64,000 bases of DNA from the human T2T-CHM13v2.0 reference genome, Homo sapiens, in NCBI RefSeq assembly GCF_009914755.1, contig NC_060925.1. One strand, written 5' to 3'. Each line of letters starts with the position of its first letter. Within the stretch, counting starts at the first letter, position 1. Positions 1 to 16,488 of this stretch are shown here, in pieces. Both the position numbers and the translations under genes were made by a program. Below the pieces are notes generated by a model. The model was not told the DNA's origin. It saw only the letters and a program-made list of their open reading frames with translations, and did not search any database.

Positions 1-52
1 TTCTTCAGAGAGTTGATAGACTCCTGAGTAGAAAGGAAAACTAGGTAATGCT

Positions 53-370
53 GGCCAGGCGCGGTGGCTCACGCCTGTAATCCCAGCACTTTGGGAGGCC
101 GAGGCAGGTGGATCGCCTAAAGTCAGGAGTTTGAGACCAGCCTGACCAACATGGTGAAACCCCTTCTCTACTAAAAAATACAAAAAATTAGCTGGGCGTG
201 GGAGCGGTGGCTGCAATCCCAGCTGCTCAGGAGGCTGAGGCACAAGAATCACTTGAACCCAGGAGACAGAGGTTGCAGTGAGCCAAGATTGTGCCACTGC
301 ACTCCAGCCTGAGCAACAGAGTGGGACTCTGTCTCAAAAAAAAAAAAAAAAGAAAAAAGAAAAAGAAAAA
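53..370 (+). mobile_element. Alu (S-type)
   Basis: Dimer, A tail, TSD ACTAGGTAATG. Confidence 0.95.
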
Positions 371-811
371 GAACACTAGGTAATGATACTAGCCCACACC
401 TGAGTACTTTTATATGCCAAGCACCATGCCAATTGTTTTACACACTTTCTCATTTACTCTAAACAGCAGTTCTGTGATATAACTGCAATTATTATCCCCA
501 TTCCACAGTTGAGGAAAACACAGAAAGGTTGAATGACTTATCCAAGGTCACGTAGTAAGTGGAGTCAGGACGTAAATCCAGGCAGTCTGCCTCATGTGCC
601 TGAGACTTGCCTGCCATCCATAGACATTTCCCATGTGGGGCCCTCAGCAGACTTCATTGAAAGTTAAAGGCAGGCAGGACTGACAGCAGCACAAGGAAGA
701 ATTTTACTGGAAGTATTCCACAAGGGATATTGTGTGGATACTTTGGGTGGTAGTGAGCTGCAGAACAGTAGACAGATTCAAGCAGAGGATGCAAGAGGTA
801 TTACCCTGAAC

Positions 812-998
812 AGTTCGCAAGGAGCATTACAGCAACAATAGCACCAGGGAACTTGTTAGGAATACAACTTCTTGGACCACCCCCACCCCTGCCCTGAGTC
901 CCTGAATTAGAAACTCTGCAGCTGGGCCCAGCCATCCGAATTGTTCAAAGATGCCCTGCTGGTGATGTTAATACACGCTCAAGTTTGGGAAACACTGG
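812..998. mobile_element. MER5A-like hAT DNA transposon
   Basis: GGGAACTTGTTAG...GAATTAGAAACTCTG...AAGTTTGGGAAACACTGG. Confidence 0.65.
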
Positions 999-2246
999 CA
1001 TGCAAGTGTCTGCACACTTCCAGGGACTGGAAGACTGCTGCAGTCTCTTCTGCTTCCAAAACCCCATAATTCTACAGAAGTAAGATGGAAATACAATTCA
1101 ATGTCCACTCAGTTTTTCTTTGTCTTAATGTCGAGCACTTACTATTAGTATCTTGAAAACAATCTATCAGTTGCTAAATTGTGTAACTGGACTCATACAC
1201 CTTAGACATTGAAAGGCCCACAGGATACATATTTGGGAGGCTGTGGATGACCAGGAGGCAGCCTATATTTCAGCCACCTCATTGCTTCACTGACTTCCAA
1301 ACCAGCCCCATATGTCCCTGCTCCTTGCTGGTTCATACTGTTCCTCTACCCCTGCCTTTTGAAATCCTGCCTTCTTTCAAAGCTCAATTTAAATGTCACA
1401 TTGTCCACACAGAGTGCCTAACACTGTCTGCGCCCACAGGGCAGTCTCCTTTTCTTCCTCCCAACCTCCCCTGCTTCCTGGGTTCTCTCTCACTTCTGGG
1501 GTACTTAGAGCTCTTGGTGCATTCTGCTTCTGCTTCATCTCACGGGAATGCAGGCCTCTCTCAGCAGTGTGCTCGCCTTGACAGCAGGCCCCATTCAGTC
1601 ATCGTCAACCCCGCAGGGCCTGGCACACAATAACCTTGTGAGAAGCGACCAAAAGCAACATTTGCAGAAAACTGTGCATGCAACCGTTTGCAGGATGGAC
1701 AGACACTACATGGCTGGTGAAAAGGAAGGGCGCTGCGATCCACTTTTGAGCCCTGAGGTCTTTGCAGAACTTTGAGGTTTTTTGCAATAACCAGTATGAA
1801 TACATGTGTGTCAGCTAGTACTTAAGTGGCCCCAACCTCACTCACCCACAACTCTGGTTGCCTTTAACTTCTCTTCATGTTGCTAATAATCACTGTTTTA
1901 CAGCTCCTGGATGATAAGGAATGCTGAGTGCTCTCAGAGCCAACCTTTGAAAGGTTCTCATAGACCCAAGGAGGGAGAAGTCTCCATTTTAGAGAGCAGA
2001 GAGGTCATCTGTTTGAACACTATCATAGAGACAGCAAATAAGGATACTGGGAGAGCAGAGACCAGGCCCAGTTTAGCAGTTTATGCCAGTGGGACCCAGT
2101 ATCCTGTGGGCTGTGGTGGACTGGTCCTGTGACCAGGATGATGGTGAGACACTCCTCTTCCCAACATGGGTTCCCAACCCCCAGGCTCCCAGAATGGACT
2201 CATTCTGCAGTGAAAGCTAACACTTTGATGGAGTGAAGAAGTATTT

Positions 2247-2557
2247 CTTTTCTTTTTTCTTTTTTTTTTTTTTTTTAGAGACACAGTCTCACTCTGGCAT
2301 CCAGGCTGGAGTGCAGTGGCGCAATCACGGTTCACTGCAAGCTCCGCCTCCCGGGGGGTCACACCATTCTCCTGCCTCAGCCTCCCCAGTAGCTGGGACT
2401 ACAGGCACCCACCACCAGGCCCAACTAATTTTTGTATTTTTAGTAGAGACAGGTTTCACTGTGTTAGCCAGGATGGTCTCAATCTCCTGACCTCGTGATC
2501 CACCTGCCTCGGCCTCCCAAAGTGCTGGGATTACAGGTGTGAGCCACTGCGCCTGGC
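2247..2557 (-). mobile_element. Alu
   Basis: Dimer; TSD TGGAGTGAAGAA(G/A)TATTTCT. Confidence 0.95.
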
Positions 2558-3002
2558 TTGGAGTGAAGAAATATTTCTAATATCTGTCTCATTTGACGAT
2601 GGCTTCAGTGGAGCCATCTGGGAGTTCTCAAACCCCAGAGCACCCTACTGTTTTTAGGACCACAGAGTACTACAATAACAGGAATAAGAAGGAAAAGAGA
2701 GTCTCTAGACTAGTTATGAAAAATTTTCCCCCACCCTCCCTCCACCCTTGAATTCCTGGGTAGCCTGGCACTGGGTGGCAATCATGACAGGTGTTCCTCC
2801 AGAACCGTGGGGCTTCCTGGTGTGCTGTGCCCTTTGGCACAGGGCCTGGCCCAGCCTTGCAGGACTTAGAGCCCAATGCTTCTAATTCTCAGACTAATGT
2901 TCCTGCCATCTAAGGGCACAACCCTAGAATTTAGGAACAATTGTAATCTCCCAAGCCATCACTGACCAAGGAAGAACAGAACAGAATAGAAATGGATGGG
3001 AA

Positions 3003-3703
<701 letters not shown>

Positions 3704-4147
3704 TCATCCTCCCCCCACCACATCAGGACCATTTTGGTGCCCCCACTCGTTGCCTCCCCTGCTCACCACCACCCTCACCCAAGCCTTCTTGACAGCTCCC
3801 TGACCTTCTTCCCTTTCAGCCTGGAGCAGCTGTGTTCTCTGTCCTACTTCTAACCAAAACCTACTCTCAGGAGAAGACTTGGTACCTTTCTTTATACTTG
3901 AGAGGACATTCTGTCCTTTTATCTTCTAGTTATTCTATCATCAGTCCTTTCCTTATTATGAATTAGCAAATACAAAATCTTTGTTCCCCAGGGTAAAGAA
4001 AAGAATTTTAAGAAGTGGTTTTTCTTAGCCCCCTCAGCACCCTAGTCTATTTCTAACACCAAAAAGACAAAACAAGGGAGAGGAAAGGAGAAGGAGATGG
4101 AGGACCAGTTGCAGGAGAGAAAGGAGAAAAAAATCCACAGTGGGGGT

Positions 4148-4208
4148 GGCGGAAGATCTATGACTTCTAACAACCCATTCTGTGGTTTTCAAAGAGCGAA
4201 TATAATAA
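4148..4208 (+). promoter_or_regulatory. CD160: CD160 core promoter (ETS-like GGCGGAAG, RUNX TGTGGTT, TATA-like TATAATAA)
   Basis: GGCGGAAG 4148-4155, TGTGGTT 4181-4187, TATAATAA 4201-4208, about 30 nt upstream of the probable exon 1 start. Confidence 0.65.
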
Positions 4209-4230
4209 CAGCTATGAAAGTGTGAGCAAT

Positions 4231-4344
4231 GACGAAACTGGAGAGATAGGGTTTTAACAAGATGCAAGGACAATCTGAGGACTGAGAGCCATTTCAACGT
4301 GAGCCCCCAGTCTGAGAACAAGAAAGAAGAACTTCTGTCTCGAG
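4231..4344 (+). other. CD160: CD160 exon 1 (5' UTR; start approximate)
   Basis: Matches recalled CD160 mRNA leader; donor CGAG|GTAAAA at 4344/4345. Confidence 0.8.
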
Positions 4345-4737
4345 GTAAAAAGGCCTGCTGGGGACCTGGGGTCCAGGTGAAGGGATGGGATGGTTGACAG
4401 AACTGCTCAGGTGAGGACAGGCTTCTCATGAGGTCCCTGAGAAACTTGCCTTTTGGAGGGAAATGTCCTCTGCCCTCTGGAGCCTGGGGAGAAGGTTATT
4501 TCTGCCCGCCAGACCAGCATGCTCGCTTTTCTTCCATGGGCATTCAGGAATCCTGGCCCCATTCTGACATTCCTCAAATGGAGGAATTCCTCAAATTACC
4601 AGAGGAAAGTTACCAAAGTTTAGATCTGCTGGAGCTCTTCAAGGATTGGCCTGAGACAAGCCGGGAGGTGCCACGGGGCTTGGAGCTGGCCCTGTGAGGC
4701 ACCTCCGGGGGAAGTTCATGTCCTAGGTGGTTCACGT

Positions 4738-5170
4738 CATGGACCTCTTGGAGGTCCGTGAATAGATTTATTCATGGGATTTGTGAATTGGGGGGAAAAA
4801 TACATCTTTATTTTCACTAATCTTTAATTGAAAGTCAGCACTTGCTTCAGTTATGAATGTAGACAATGAACCACAATAGAATTTGCCATCAATAGAAAAC
4901 ACAAATATTTTCAAATCTCATTACAGTTTTTATAGATTTCTCCAAATGTCCTTAACGCTCAGCACTACTACAGAATTACAACAGTTATTAGGCTGATGTC
5001 AAATCTAAAGAAGCATGTGTACTGCTCTACCACACATTCTTCTAATGTTTTGACAACTGTCTTGTCATAATTTGTTCCCTTTATTATCCCATGTATCTTA
5101 TTAATTTTTAAATGTTGTTCTGAGAAGGGACTCCATATGCCTTCCCAGACCACCAAAGAGGTCCATGGCG
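4738..5170. mobile_element. hAT-Charlie-type DNA transposon relic
   Basis: Inverted ends CATGGACCTCTTGG / CCAAAGAGGTCCATG and Charlie-like AT-rich body. Confidence 0.6.
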
Positions 5171-5649
5171 CCTTTATGTCAGGCACCTGCTTTGGTGTGT
5201 TGAGCAGGAAGCCTGAGATCTCAGACAAGAGCTTCAAGGGCCCCCCAGCCCAAACCTCTGTCTACTAACAAGTCTGGTTCTACTTTAAGGCAGTTGGGGT
5301 TGTGGAGATTGAAAAAGAAGCCCCTTCACAGCTGCAAATGAGATCTTTCTGGGCATCTTTTTCAGTGTCGTGGGAGATCTGTATACAGAGGTATTTGTGG
5401 AGCTCAGAGCTGACCTTCCAGCTCCTCTGAGAGGTTAGATCCGGGCTCCGGTGGCAGAGGAAATGGAGACTCTTCCTTGCCCTCTTGTCCCCAACCTCCC
5501 CAGAAAACCTCTGGCAAAGCTTTATGTGTCATCTAACCGTCACCACATTCCTATGAGGTAGTTTTAAACACAAGAGGAATGTGAGGCTGAGTGAGGTCCA
5601 GCAATGTGCTGGTCACACAAAGCTTGGATTTGAACCCAGGAGTCCACAA

Positions 5650-6450
5650 GACTCCAGGACCGCCTCCGAAGGTGCGGGAGGGAAGAGTTTCCCGCCGTCT
5701 GTGAGCTGTCGCCTGAGAGAGGCACCGAGCCCTGGGGCCACCAGCGCAGCTCAGGAGCCCCGGGGACCATCAAAGATGAGGATGCCAACTCCACGGGCAC
5801 CCTCCCCCCTGCCCGCGCTGGGGCTCACAACGTTTTAAGAGGGGAGACCCGCCCCTGGCGTGTAGTGGGCCCGGAAAATTCCCAGACTTCTCACGACCAC
5901 CCGCTCTCCCCTCTGTTGAGGGCCAGGTGCCGCTCTAGTACATGCTGCGTCCCCAGGACCCACCAGGCCCAACTTTGCACCCCCTCATCTCCCCTCCTAG
6001 TTTAGACTTTCCCTGGCTAGCCCCCATGCTCGCTGGATGGCCCATGGCTGGAGTGACGCGGGCCAACGCGGGGCAGGTAGGGGGTCACTCGGCTTTGGCT
6101 GAAAGGCAGCGCCCTCTAGCGGCCAGAGTGCGAAATCAGCGCCGCCGGCTCCGCGCTGCCCCGCCTGCATCACAACAGGGTGCTCCCCTCCCGGGCACCA
6201 AGGTCACTTCCCAGAGCATCCTTGCCCAGTGACCTCGCTGCCCCCCAGCGCTGGTGAGGGGCCCACAACAGACTTACATGCTCTTCTTCAACTCGGCCCT
6301 AGGCACCGCGAAGTCTGGCCACTCCAGCGGAGTGACCAGCTGCATCAGCCCCTCCCGCCTGTCCTCTCTCTCCTTGGAAGCGGTCCCTACCCTGCGCCCC
6401 TCCCATCCCGCTGCACCAGTCCCTTAGGAAACACGCCTAGAGAAGGGACA
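5650..6450. promoter_or_regulatory. CpG-rich island in CD160 intron 1
   Basis: High GC and dense CpG in non-repeat sequence. Confidence 0.7.
6107..6125 (-). promoter_or_regulatory. CTCF motif
   Basis: Minus strand TGGCCGCTAGAGGGCGCTG versus consensus TGGCCACCAGGGGGCGCTA. Confidence 0.75.
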
Positions 6451-7345
6451 CGACCTTGTCAACATTCCACAGCTACCTAGTGCGGAGCCAGGACTGGAAG
6501 CCAGATCTCCTCAGCCCATTCCCCACCTTAATTCACCCACCGTATTCTTTAGTCACCAGCTCCCCAGAGCCCACAAACAACTATGAAGGCCTAACTTCAT
6601 TGCCATCTTGCAGCCTTTCCACATCCCTCATCCAGAATTTCTCCTGTGCTGCCCCTTGACACTTTATGACCTTATTACTTAGTACAGTCGTTCTTGTGTT
6701 AACAGCTGTTCGTGAATGGATGAGCGGCTGTGAGGAGAGGGACAAAGGGGACTCCAAGAGAAAGACTCTCATAACTTGGGTTAGAGTCCTGCTCCCCAAC
6801 TTAGGAGCTGTGATTTTAAGCAAGTCACAAGTCCCCTCCAAGCCTCTATATGCTTCGTACAAATAATAAATTTTAGAAAATAATAATGGCTTAGTGTTTT
6901 ATAAGGACTAAACACAGTCTTGCAGGTAGATGTGCCTGGAACACTGTCCATTGATTCCAATATAAGAAAGCATAAAACTAATCATAGCTATCATTTATTG
7001 AGCCCTTACTCTCTGCCAGGCACTGTGCTAAGTAATTTACATAGGTGACCTCATTTGACCCTCACAACCCAAGGAAGAGAATATTTTGTCACCATTTTAT
7101 AGGTCATTAAGAGATTAAGAAACTTGCCCAATATTACACAGATAGTTAAGTTTCAAAGCCAGATCTGAAACATCCTGGTCTGACTCTAGAGACCATTTAA
7201 CCACTAAAACGTCCGCCTCTGCTGTGTTAGTGATCTCTCTGTGCCCCATGGTGTCTGACACATTATAGATGCTCCGTGTTTCTGAAATATGTCTATTTAT
7301 TAAAGGCTGAGCATAGCGCCTGGCCCAGGAGCCTAAGAAACTTGA

Positions 7346-7677
<332 letters not shown>

Positions 7678-8099
7678 GCCACTATTAAGTTTTAGGACCA
7701 GGATTTGAACACAAACACTCTGGCTCTAGAGTCTACGCTTTTTAACCATAATTCTGGGCTGAATGAATAATTGCAATCCTTCTTTGTCTTCCTCTTTGAA
7801 TAAAATGATTTGTCATTTTATTCATTTATCCTCTTTGTCACTTAATATTCCATGTTTCAAGAGTCACCAGGACATTCTGGTGTAGCATGAAGGTATGATA
7901 ACACAGGAGAAGGAACAAGGAGAGGTCAAGGCTAGGAAAGGACATTGGGGCCATACCATGAGCTGCTGCTGGGATGTTTTATTAGGATTGTGACAAATGT
8001 ATAGATAAGTACAGAAGAATTTAACAATCGTCTCTACTTAGATTTTCTTTTATGTTCCTTAATAGTACTGTATAGTTTGTATCCTATAGGTCCTATTCG

Positions 8100-9540
<1,441 letters not shown>

Positions 9541-9569
9541 ATTTGTGTGTGTGTGTAATTTTTGATTTT

Positions 9570-9867
<298 letters not shown>

Positions 9868-9922
9868 TAAATAAAATATTATAAAACAGAATACAGCAGC
9901 ACATGAAAAGAATAACATACTA

Positions 9923-10364
<442 letters not shown>

Positions 10365-10862
10365 TCATTTTAGTTGATATTTAAAGGCAATTAATAAAAC
10401 ATTCACATCCATCCTTGACATTTTAAAACTCTTAATAAAATAGAAATAAATGTATATTCCTTAACATAATAAAATACATCTCATTCTCAAAGCTACTATA
10501 ATACTTAATAAGGAAACATTTAAGCATCCCCCATTAAACTTAGAAAAAAGACAGAGATTCATTATTACCATTATTATTTAATATTTTTCTGGAGATATTA
10601 ACCAACACAATTAGAAGAAAGAAATCAGAGATATAAAATAGAAAAGGAAGTAATTATCATTATGTACACATAATATGATTGCATAACTGGAAAATCCAAG
10701 AGAATCAACTGAAAAATGATAGAATTAAGGGAGGGGAGCTGGGTATGAAATTAATATCTAGTAAAACAAATAGCCTTTCATATATGAACAATAATGAAAA
10801 ATTAAAAGATATAATGAATGATATAAAGAGACTGAAAAAATAAGTTAAAAGATACAACGAGT

Positions 10863-11523
10863 GGAAACAACAGATGCTGGAGAAGATGTGGAGAAATAGG
10901 AATGCTTTTACACTGTTGATGGGAGTGTAAATTAGTTCAACCACTGTGGAAGACAGTGTGGGGATTCCTCAAGGATCTAGAACTAGAAATACCATTTGAC
11001 CCAGCAATCTCATTACTGGGCATATACCCAAAGGATTATAAATCATTCTACGATAAAGATGCACAAGTATGTTTATTGTGGTACTATTCACAATAGCAAA
11101 GCCTGGGAACCAACCCAAATGTCCATCAATGATAGACTGGATTAAGAAAATGTGGCACATATACACCATGGAATACTATGCAGCCATAAAAAAGGATGAG
11201 TTCATGTCCTTTGCAGGGACATAGATGAAGCTGGAAACCATCATTCTAAGCAAACTGTCACAAGGACAGGAAACCAAACACTGCATGTTCTCGCTCATAA
11301 GTAGGAGTTGAACAATGAGAACACATGAACCCAGGGTGGGGAACATCACACACCGATGACGTTCCACGGGTGGGGGCCCGGGGGAGGGATAGCATTAGGA
11401 GAAATACCTAATGTAAATGACAAGTTGATGGGTGCAGCAAACCAACATGAAACATGTACAACTATGTAACAAACCTGCACATTGTGCACATGTACCCTAG
11501 AACTTAAAGTATATTAAAAAAAA
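10863..11523 (+). mobile_element. 5'-truncated L1PA 3' end
   Basis: L1 ORF2 end, 3' UTR G-tract and A tail; degenerate TSD AAAAGATACAACGAGT / AAAAGATATAATGGGT. Confidence 0.9.
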
Positions 11524-13111
11524 GATATAATGGGTAAAAGATGACATTTTCAATAGTGAAAAAATATGAATTACTCAAGAAACAAACTTAGCTAAGAAAT
11601 GGACGAGGACTTTATGAAGAAAACTTCTATACATACCTGAGACACACATATTTGAAAAATGAATATCACATTCTCGGATCAAAAGAATCAATGTCACAAC
11701 AAATTCAGTTCTCCCTAAGTTAAAATATAAATTGAACATATCCCAATTTTAAAATACCAATAGGACTTTTTCTTGATGGTACACACAGTAGGAAGGGCAA
11801 GACTAGACAAGCTGATTATAAAAATCAGAAAAATAAATTTATAGAAAAATTCTTGTTTTCCCCTTTTGAATTTTAAATGCTGTGAATGTAATTACCACTT
11901 CAAAAGTTATAAACTACAAAACCTTAAATATATTTTTAAAACACATACACACATAGAGAGGATTTTTTAAAATAAAAATGTATTTATTTTATATACATAA
12001 TTGCAATTTGCCCTTTTTGACCTAATGCTATATCATGAACATCCCTCCAGGCCCATATTTATAGAAGTATCTCATTCTTTTAATAATATATAATATTTTG
12101 TCACATAGATTAATTGAAACTTATTAAACCATTTCCCTATTGATGAAATTCAAGTGTTTGTTTTTCTTCAGTTTGTTTATTTTGAAACAGGAGTAATTTT
12201 TCTTAGCCAGGATTAGAAGATGTAACTATAAAAAGTAAAACAATAAAAATATTGAAAGAAAATTATAGCCTCAATTGGAGGGAAACTTTCCTAAACAATG
12301 CAGGAAACCCAGACAACTTAAAGGAAAAGATAGATATGTTGTATTTAATTACATACAATGTAAACTTTCCTTGTGAAAAAAAAGCCTCATAAAAAAAGTG
12401 AAGAGACAAACAACAAATTGGGAGAAAGTATTTGCCTAAAAAAATGGCAGATGGGTTAATATCTCTAATACGGAGAAAGTGCCTAAAAGTTAAGAAATGT
12501 GAAGAATATGAACACACAATTCACAGACAAGGGAATACTAATGACCAATAAGCATATGAAAAGATCCTCAACTTCACTAATCATGGAAATGCAACATAAA
12601 GCAGGTCTAATTTTTCATCCATCAGATTGGCAAAAATGTTAAAGTACAGATAATACCCAGAGCTAGCAAGGGCACGAGGAAATGTACACTATCAAGCATT
12701 CTTGGTGAACATCTGATTATCAACAGCCTTTTTGGAGAGCAATCTGATTATAGTAGAAAAAAAGTTTTAATCATCATATTCTTTGACGCAGCAATCCAAT
12801 TTAACTTAAAAATATATATATGAGAAAATAGCCTTTAGTGTCTCCCTATGCCCCTCCCTCCCCGGCTCCCAGTGTATCTCACTTGGTTTACCGCCTCACT
12901 TCCCAGCCAGCTGGACTCTCATGCCCAAGCCCTCCTCTACCTCCATCATACTCTAGCCAATCAAAGCTAGAGCCTGGGATGGGGAAATGGTCTTGGAACC
13001 CTGGAAGGCTTTGTCTAGTGGGTCCCCCTGTGCTTTTAGGAGACTGAAGCCAAGGATACCAGCAGAGCCAACATTTGCTTCAAGTTCCTGGGCCTGCTGA
13101 CAGCGTGCAGG

Positions 13112-13184
13112 ATGCTGTTGGAACCCGGCAGAGGCTGCTGTGCCCTGGCCATCCTGCTGGCAATTGTGGACATCCAGTCTGGTG
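13112..13184 (+). CDS. CD160: CD160 exon 3 coding part: signal peptide MLLEPGRGCCALAILLAIVDIQSG (exon begins at 13040)
   Basis: Acceptor TTTTAG| at 13039; ATG at 13112; donor G|GTGAGG, phase 1. Confidence 0.95.
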
Positions 13185-13267
13185 GTGAGGATAGACCCTA
13201 GAGCAGAGACGGCCATGGGGAGGATCCTGGGCTTGTGGGAAGGGCTGGATCCCGTGATTTTCTCTAG

Positions 13268-13545
<278 letters not shown>

Positions 13546-14823
13546 GACTCACTCTCCTTGACATTAAGGAAAGGGTAAAGAATATATTGTCTTTTTCTTT
13601 TTCATTAGAACTGATACTATTGCCTCTCTATCAGACACTCTGTCTCTGCTATATGTTTCAAAGAGCCTGGCAATCTGCGCCTCAACCTAAGATTCCTTTA
13701 GGCTCTTATATACTATAAATTTATGAAATCCAGGTTTGAGATCCAGATACTGCAATCTTCATTAACTTCAGCAGCTAGTTTAACCACTCTGTGCCTCAAT
13801 TTGTGTATTTATAAAATGGGAAGAGTAATACCTGCCCTCTATGGCTATACTGAGGATTTGATATACAGAAAAGCACTCTAACAGAGACCCTATAGAAGTT
13901 CCAGCTGGAAAGTAGAAATAAAATATAAACCATTTTGGAGTTAATCAATGGCTGGGATTGCAGGTCTCCCTCAGATATGGGTCTTGGAAGACCCATATCT
14001 CTTACTCTTGTAGGAGAATGGCATTCAATATGCAGGGGGCAGCCTCCATCTCTGCCTCTTCACCGTTTTCATGAGAGTGAATTTAGTTTACTATGTATAC
14101 CAAGGGGAGTCTTAAAAGGAAAAGCAAGTCATAGCGGATCAAGCTGCCAAGGGAGTGGGGGAGGGGGCTGGCAGCCTCAGCATCTGCCGGATGAGTTTTC
14201 AGCAGAGAGCTGGATTTAACCGAGGTTGGGGTTTTGCGAGGATCCATCACAGTAGGAGTAAAGCTAAGGGAGCTGAGGGTGGATATAAGGGAGAGATTAT
14301 TAATAATGGACTACAAAATATAAACTACAGAAGGAAGTGAAGTTTGAGGAGAGTGAGGGGCAGTACAAAGTTGGCAGGGCCAATGCATTGCAAAATTAGG
14401 TCAGAGACACCCATCGAGCCAAAACATCCTGGGTTAACCCAACTATTTTCTCCACTTCTGTATCCAGGTTACAGATTACTTACAGGGAAAATCAAGTGGG
14501 CAGACTGGCACCATCAGAGTCATGGTCTTTGGATATCAATGGTCCCTCAATAATTAGTCTGTTTCTCCAGTCCATTCTCACTCCATTTCCACACAGTGGC
14601 TGTTTTTAATCATCTCTGGTATTTCTGTGGTCTCTCTCATCCTATATTTCTTAGAAAAACTTTTACTCATCCTTCAAGTCAGCTCCAGCACTAACTTCAC
14701 TGTGAAGTTTCCCTGATGCTTCAGACTCAGGAATCTCTAAGATTCCTCAATTATAATAACTGTGGAATTAAATTGTAACTTTTTGCTAATTTGTTTTTAC
14801 ATTAGGCTTTAAACTCTGAGAGT

Positions 14824-15127
14824 GGCCAGGCACAGTGGTTCATGCCTGTAATCCCAGCAGTTTGGGAGGCAGAGGCAGGAGGGTTGCTTGATGCCTAGAG
14901 TTCAAGACTAGCCTGGACAACATAGTGAGAATCTGTCTCTACAAAATAAAAAATTAGCCAGGCATAGTGGTGCATACCTGTAGTGTTAGCTATTCGGAAG
15001 GCGGAAGCAGGAGGATTGCTTGAGCCCAGGAGTTCAAAGGTGCAGTGAGTTACGATTGTGCCACTGCCCTCCAGCCTGGGTGACACAGCAAGACCTTGTT
15101 TTAAAAAAAAATTTTTTAAATTAAAAA
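14824..15127 (+). mobile_element. AluJ-like
   Basis: Dimer and A-rich tail. Confidence 0.9.
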
Positions 15128-15526
15128 TCCCCGGTCATCTAATGGTTAGGGGAAAAAAAAGTTCTGACAGTAGGGCTCACGTCCTAGTCCTCACAGCCCC
15201 AGCAGGGCTTGGCAGAGTGAATACCTAAACATATTTGTTAAGTGGAGGAACAAATAAACCTATGAATTAATGGATGCTTTGAGCATATTATTTAGTCCCT
15301 TAATTTTCATTTTCCAGATGAATAAACTACTGCCCAAGGAGTTAGGTAACTTGCTTACAGTCACACAGCCATCGATAGAGCTGGAATTTGTATTTCCTGT
15401 CTGCCAGCACTACTGCCAGGTTCTGCTTCAGTCCTTCCTTGAAGACTTCTAGTGATAAGGAGCAGTTACGGTGAAATTCACAGAATGCTACCTGACCTCT
15501 GGGTAATTCTTCCCTTTCCATTCCAG

Positions 15527-15853
15527 GATGCATTAACATCACCAGCTCAGCTTCCCAGGAAGGAACGCGACTAAACTTAATCTGTACTGTATGGCATAAG
15601 AAAGAAGAGGCTGAGGGGTTTGTAGTGTTTTTGTGCAAGGACAGGTCTGGAGACTGTTCTCCTGAGACCAGTTTAAAACAGCTGAGACTTAAAAGGGATC
15701 CTGGGATAGATGGTGTTGGTGAAATATCATCTCAGTTGATGTTCACCATAAGCCAAGTCACACCGTTGCACAGTGGGACCTACCAGTGTTGTGCCAGAAG
15801 CCAGAAGTCAGGTATCCGCCTTCAGGGCCATTTTTTCTCCATTCTATTCACAG
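15527..15853 (+). CDS. CD160: CD160 exon 4: Ig-like domain (CINITSS...LICTVWHK...TYQCCARS...SILFT)
   Basis: Acceptor TTCCAG|, donor CAG|GTGAGT; 327 nt, phase 1-1; overlaps ORF 15625..15906. Confidence 0.96.
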
Positions 15854-16171
15854 GTGAGTGCTCAAATACTCCTAATGCCACCAGGTGGGACAGTGAGCAG
15901 GGTTGACAGTGGAGATGTAACCAGATAGTTCAGGTCCTGGAAAGGCAGTTTCCTTCTTCCTCAATCCTTTTCCAACATCCCCATTGGCAGATGCTGCCTT
16001 TCTTCAAAGCGCACACACAAACATAATCTCATTTTGTCTTTAATTTTAGAACTCTTACTTGGGGTGGCCATTGCATTTTTACTGACAGGGAGATGGTGAC
16101 ACAGGGGTTGAAGAGACTTGTCCAGTGCTACTCACTGGTGAAAGTAAAAACAGATAGAAATTAGGCTTCCT

Positions 16172-16488
16172 GGCCAGGCATGGTGGCTCATGCCTGTAAT
16201 CCCAGCATTTTGGGAGGCTGAGGTAGGCAGATCACCCGAGGTCAGGAGTTAAAGATCAGCCTAGCCAACATGGAGAAACCCTGTCTCTACTAAAAATACA
16301 AAATTAGCCGGGTGTGGTGGCGCATGCCTGTAATCCCAGCTACTCAGGAGGCTAAGGCAAGAGAATCGCTTGAACCTGGGAGGCGGAGGTTGCAGTGAGC
16401 CGAGATTGTGCCATTGCACTCTATCTTGGGCAACTAGAGCGAAACTGTGTCTCAAAAAAATAAAAAACAAGAAAAGAAAAGAAAGAAA
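16172..16488 (+). mobile_element. Alu
   Basis: TSD AGAAATTAGGC(T/C)TCCT. Confidence 0.93.

Noticed and set aside
1247-1805. 128-aa ORF and neighbours upstream of CD160
   Set aside because: Pyrimidine-rich, L2-like degenerate sequence with no protein-like features
5564-6480. ORFs across the CpG island
   Set aside because: Expected from GC richness; no recognisable domain or splice-consistent structure
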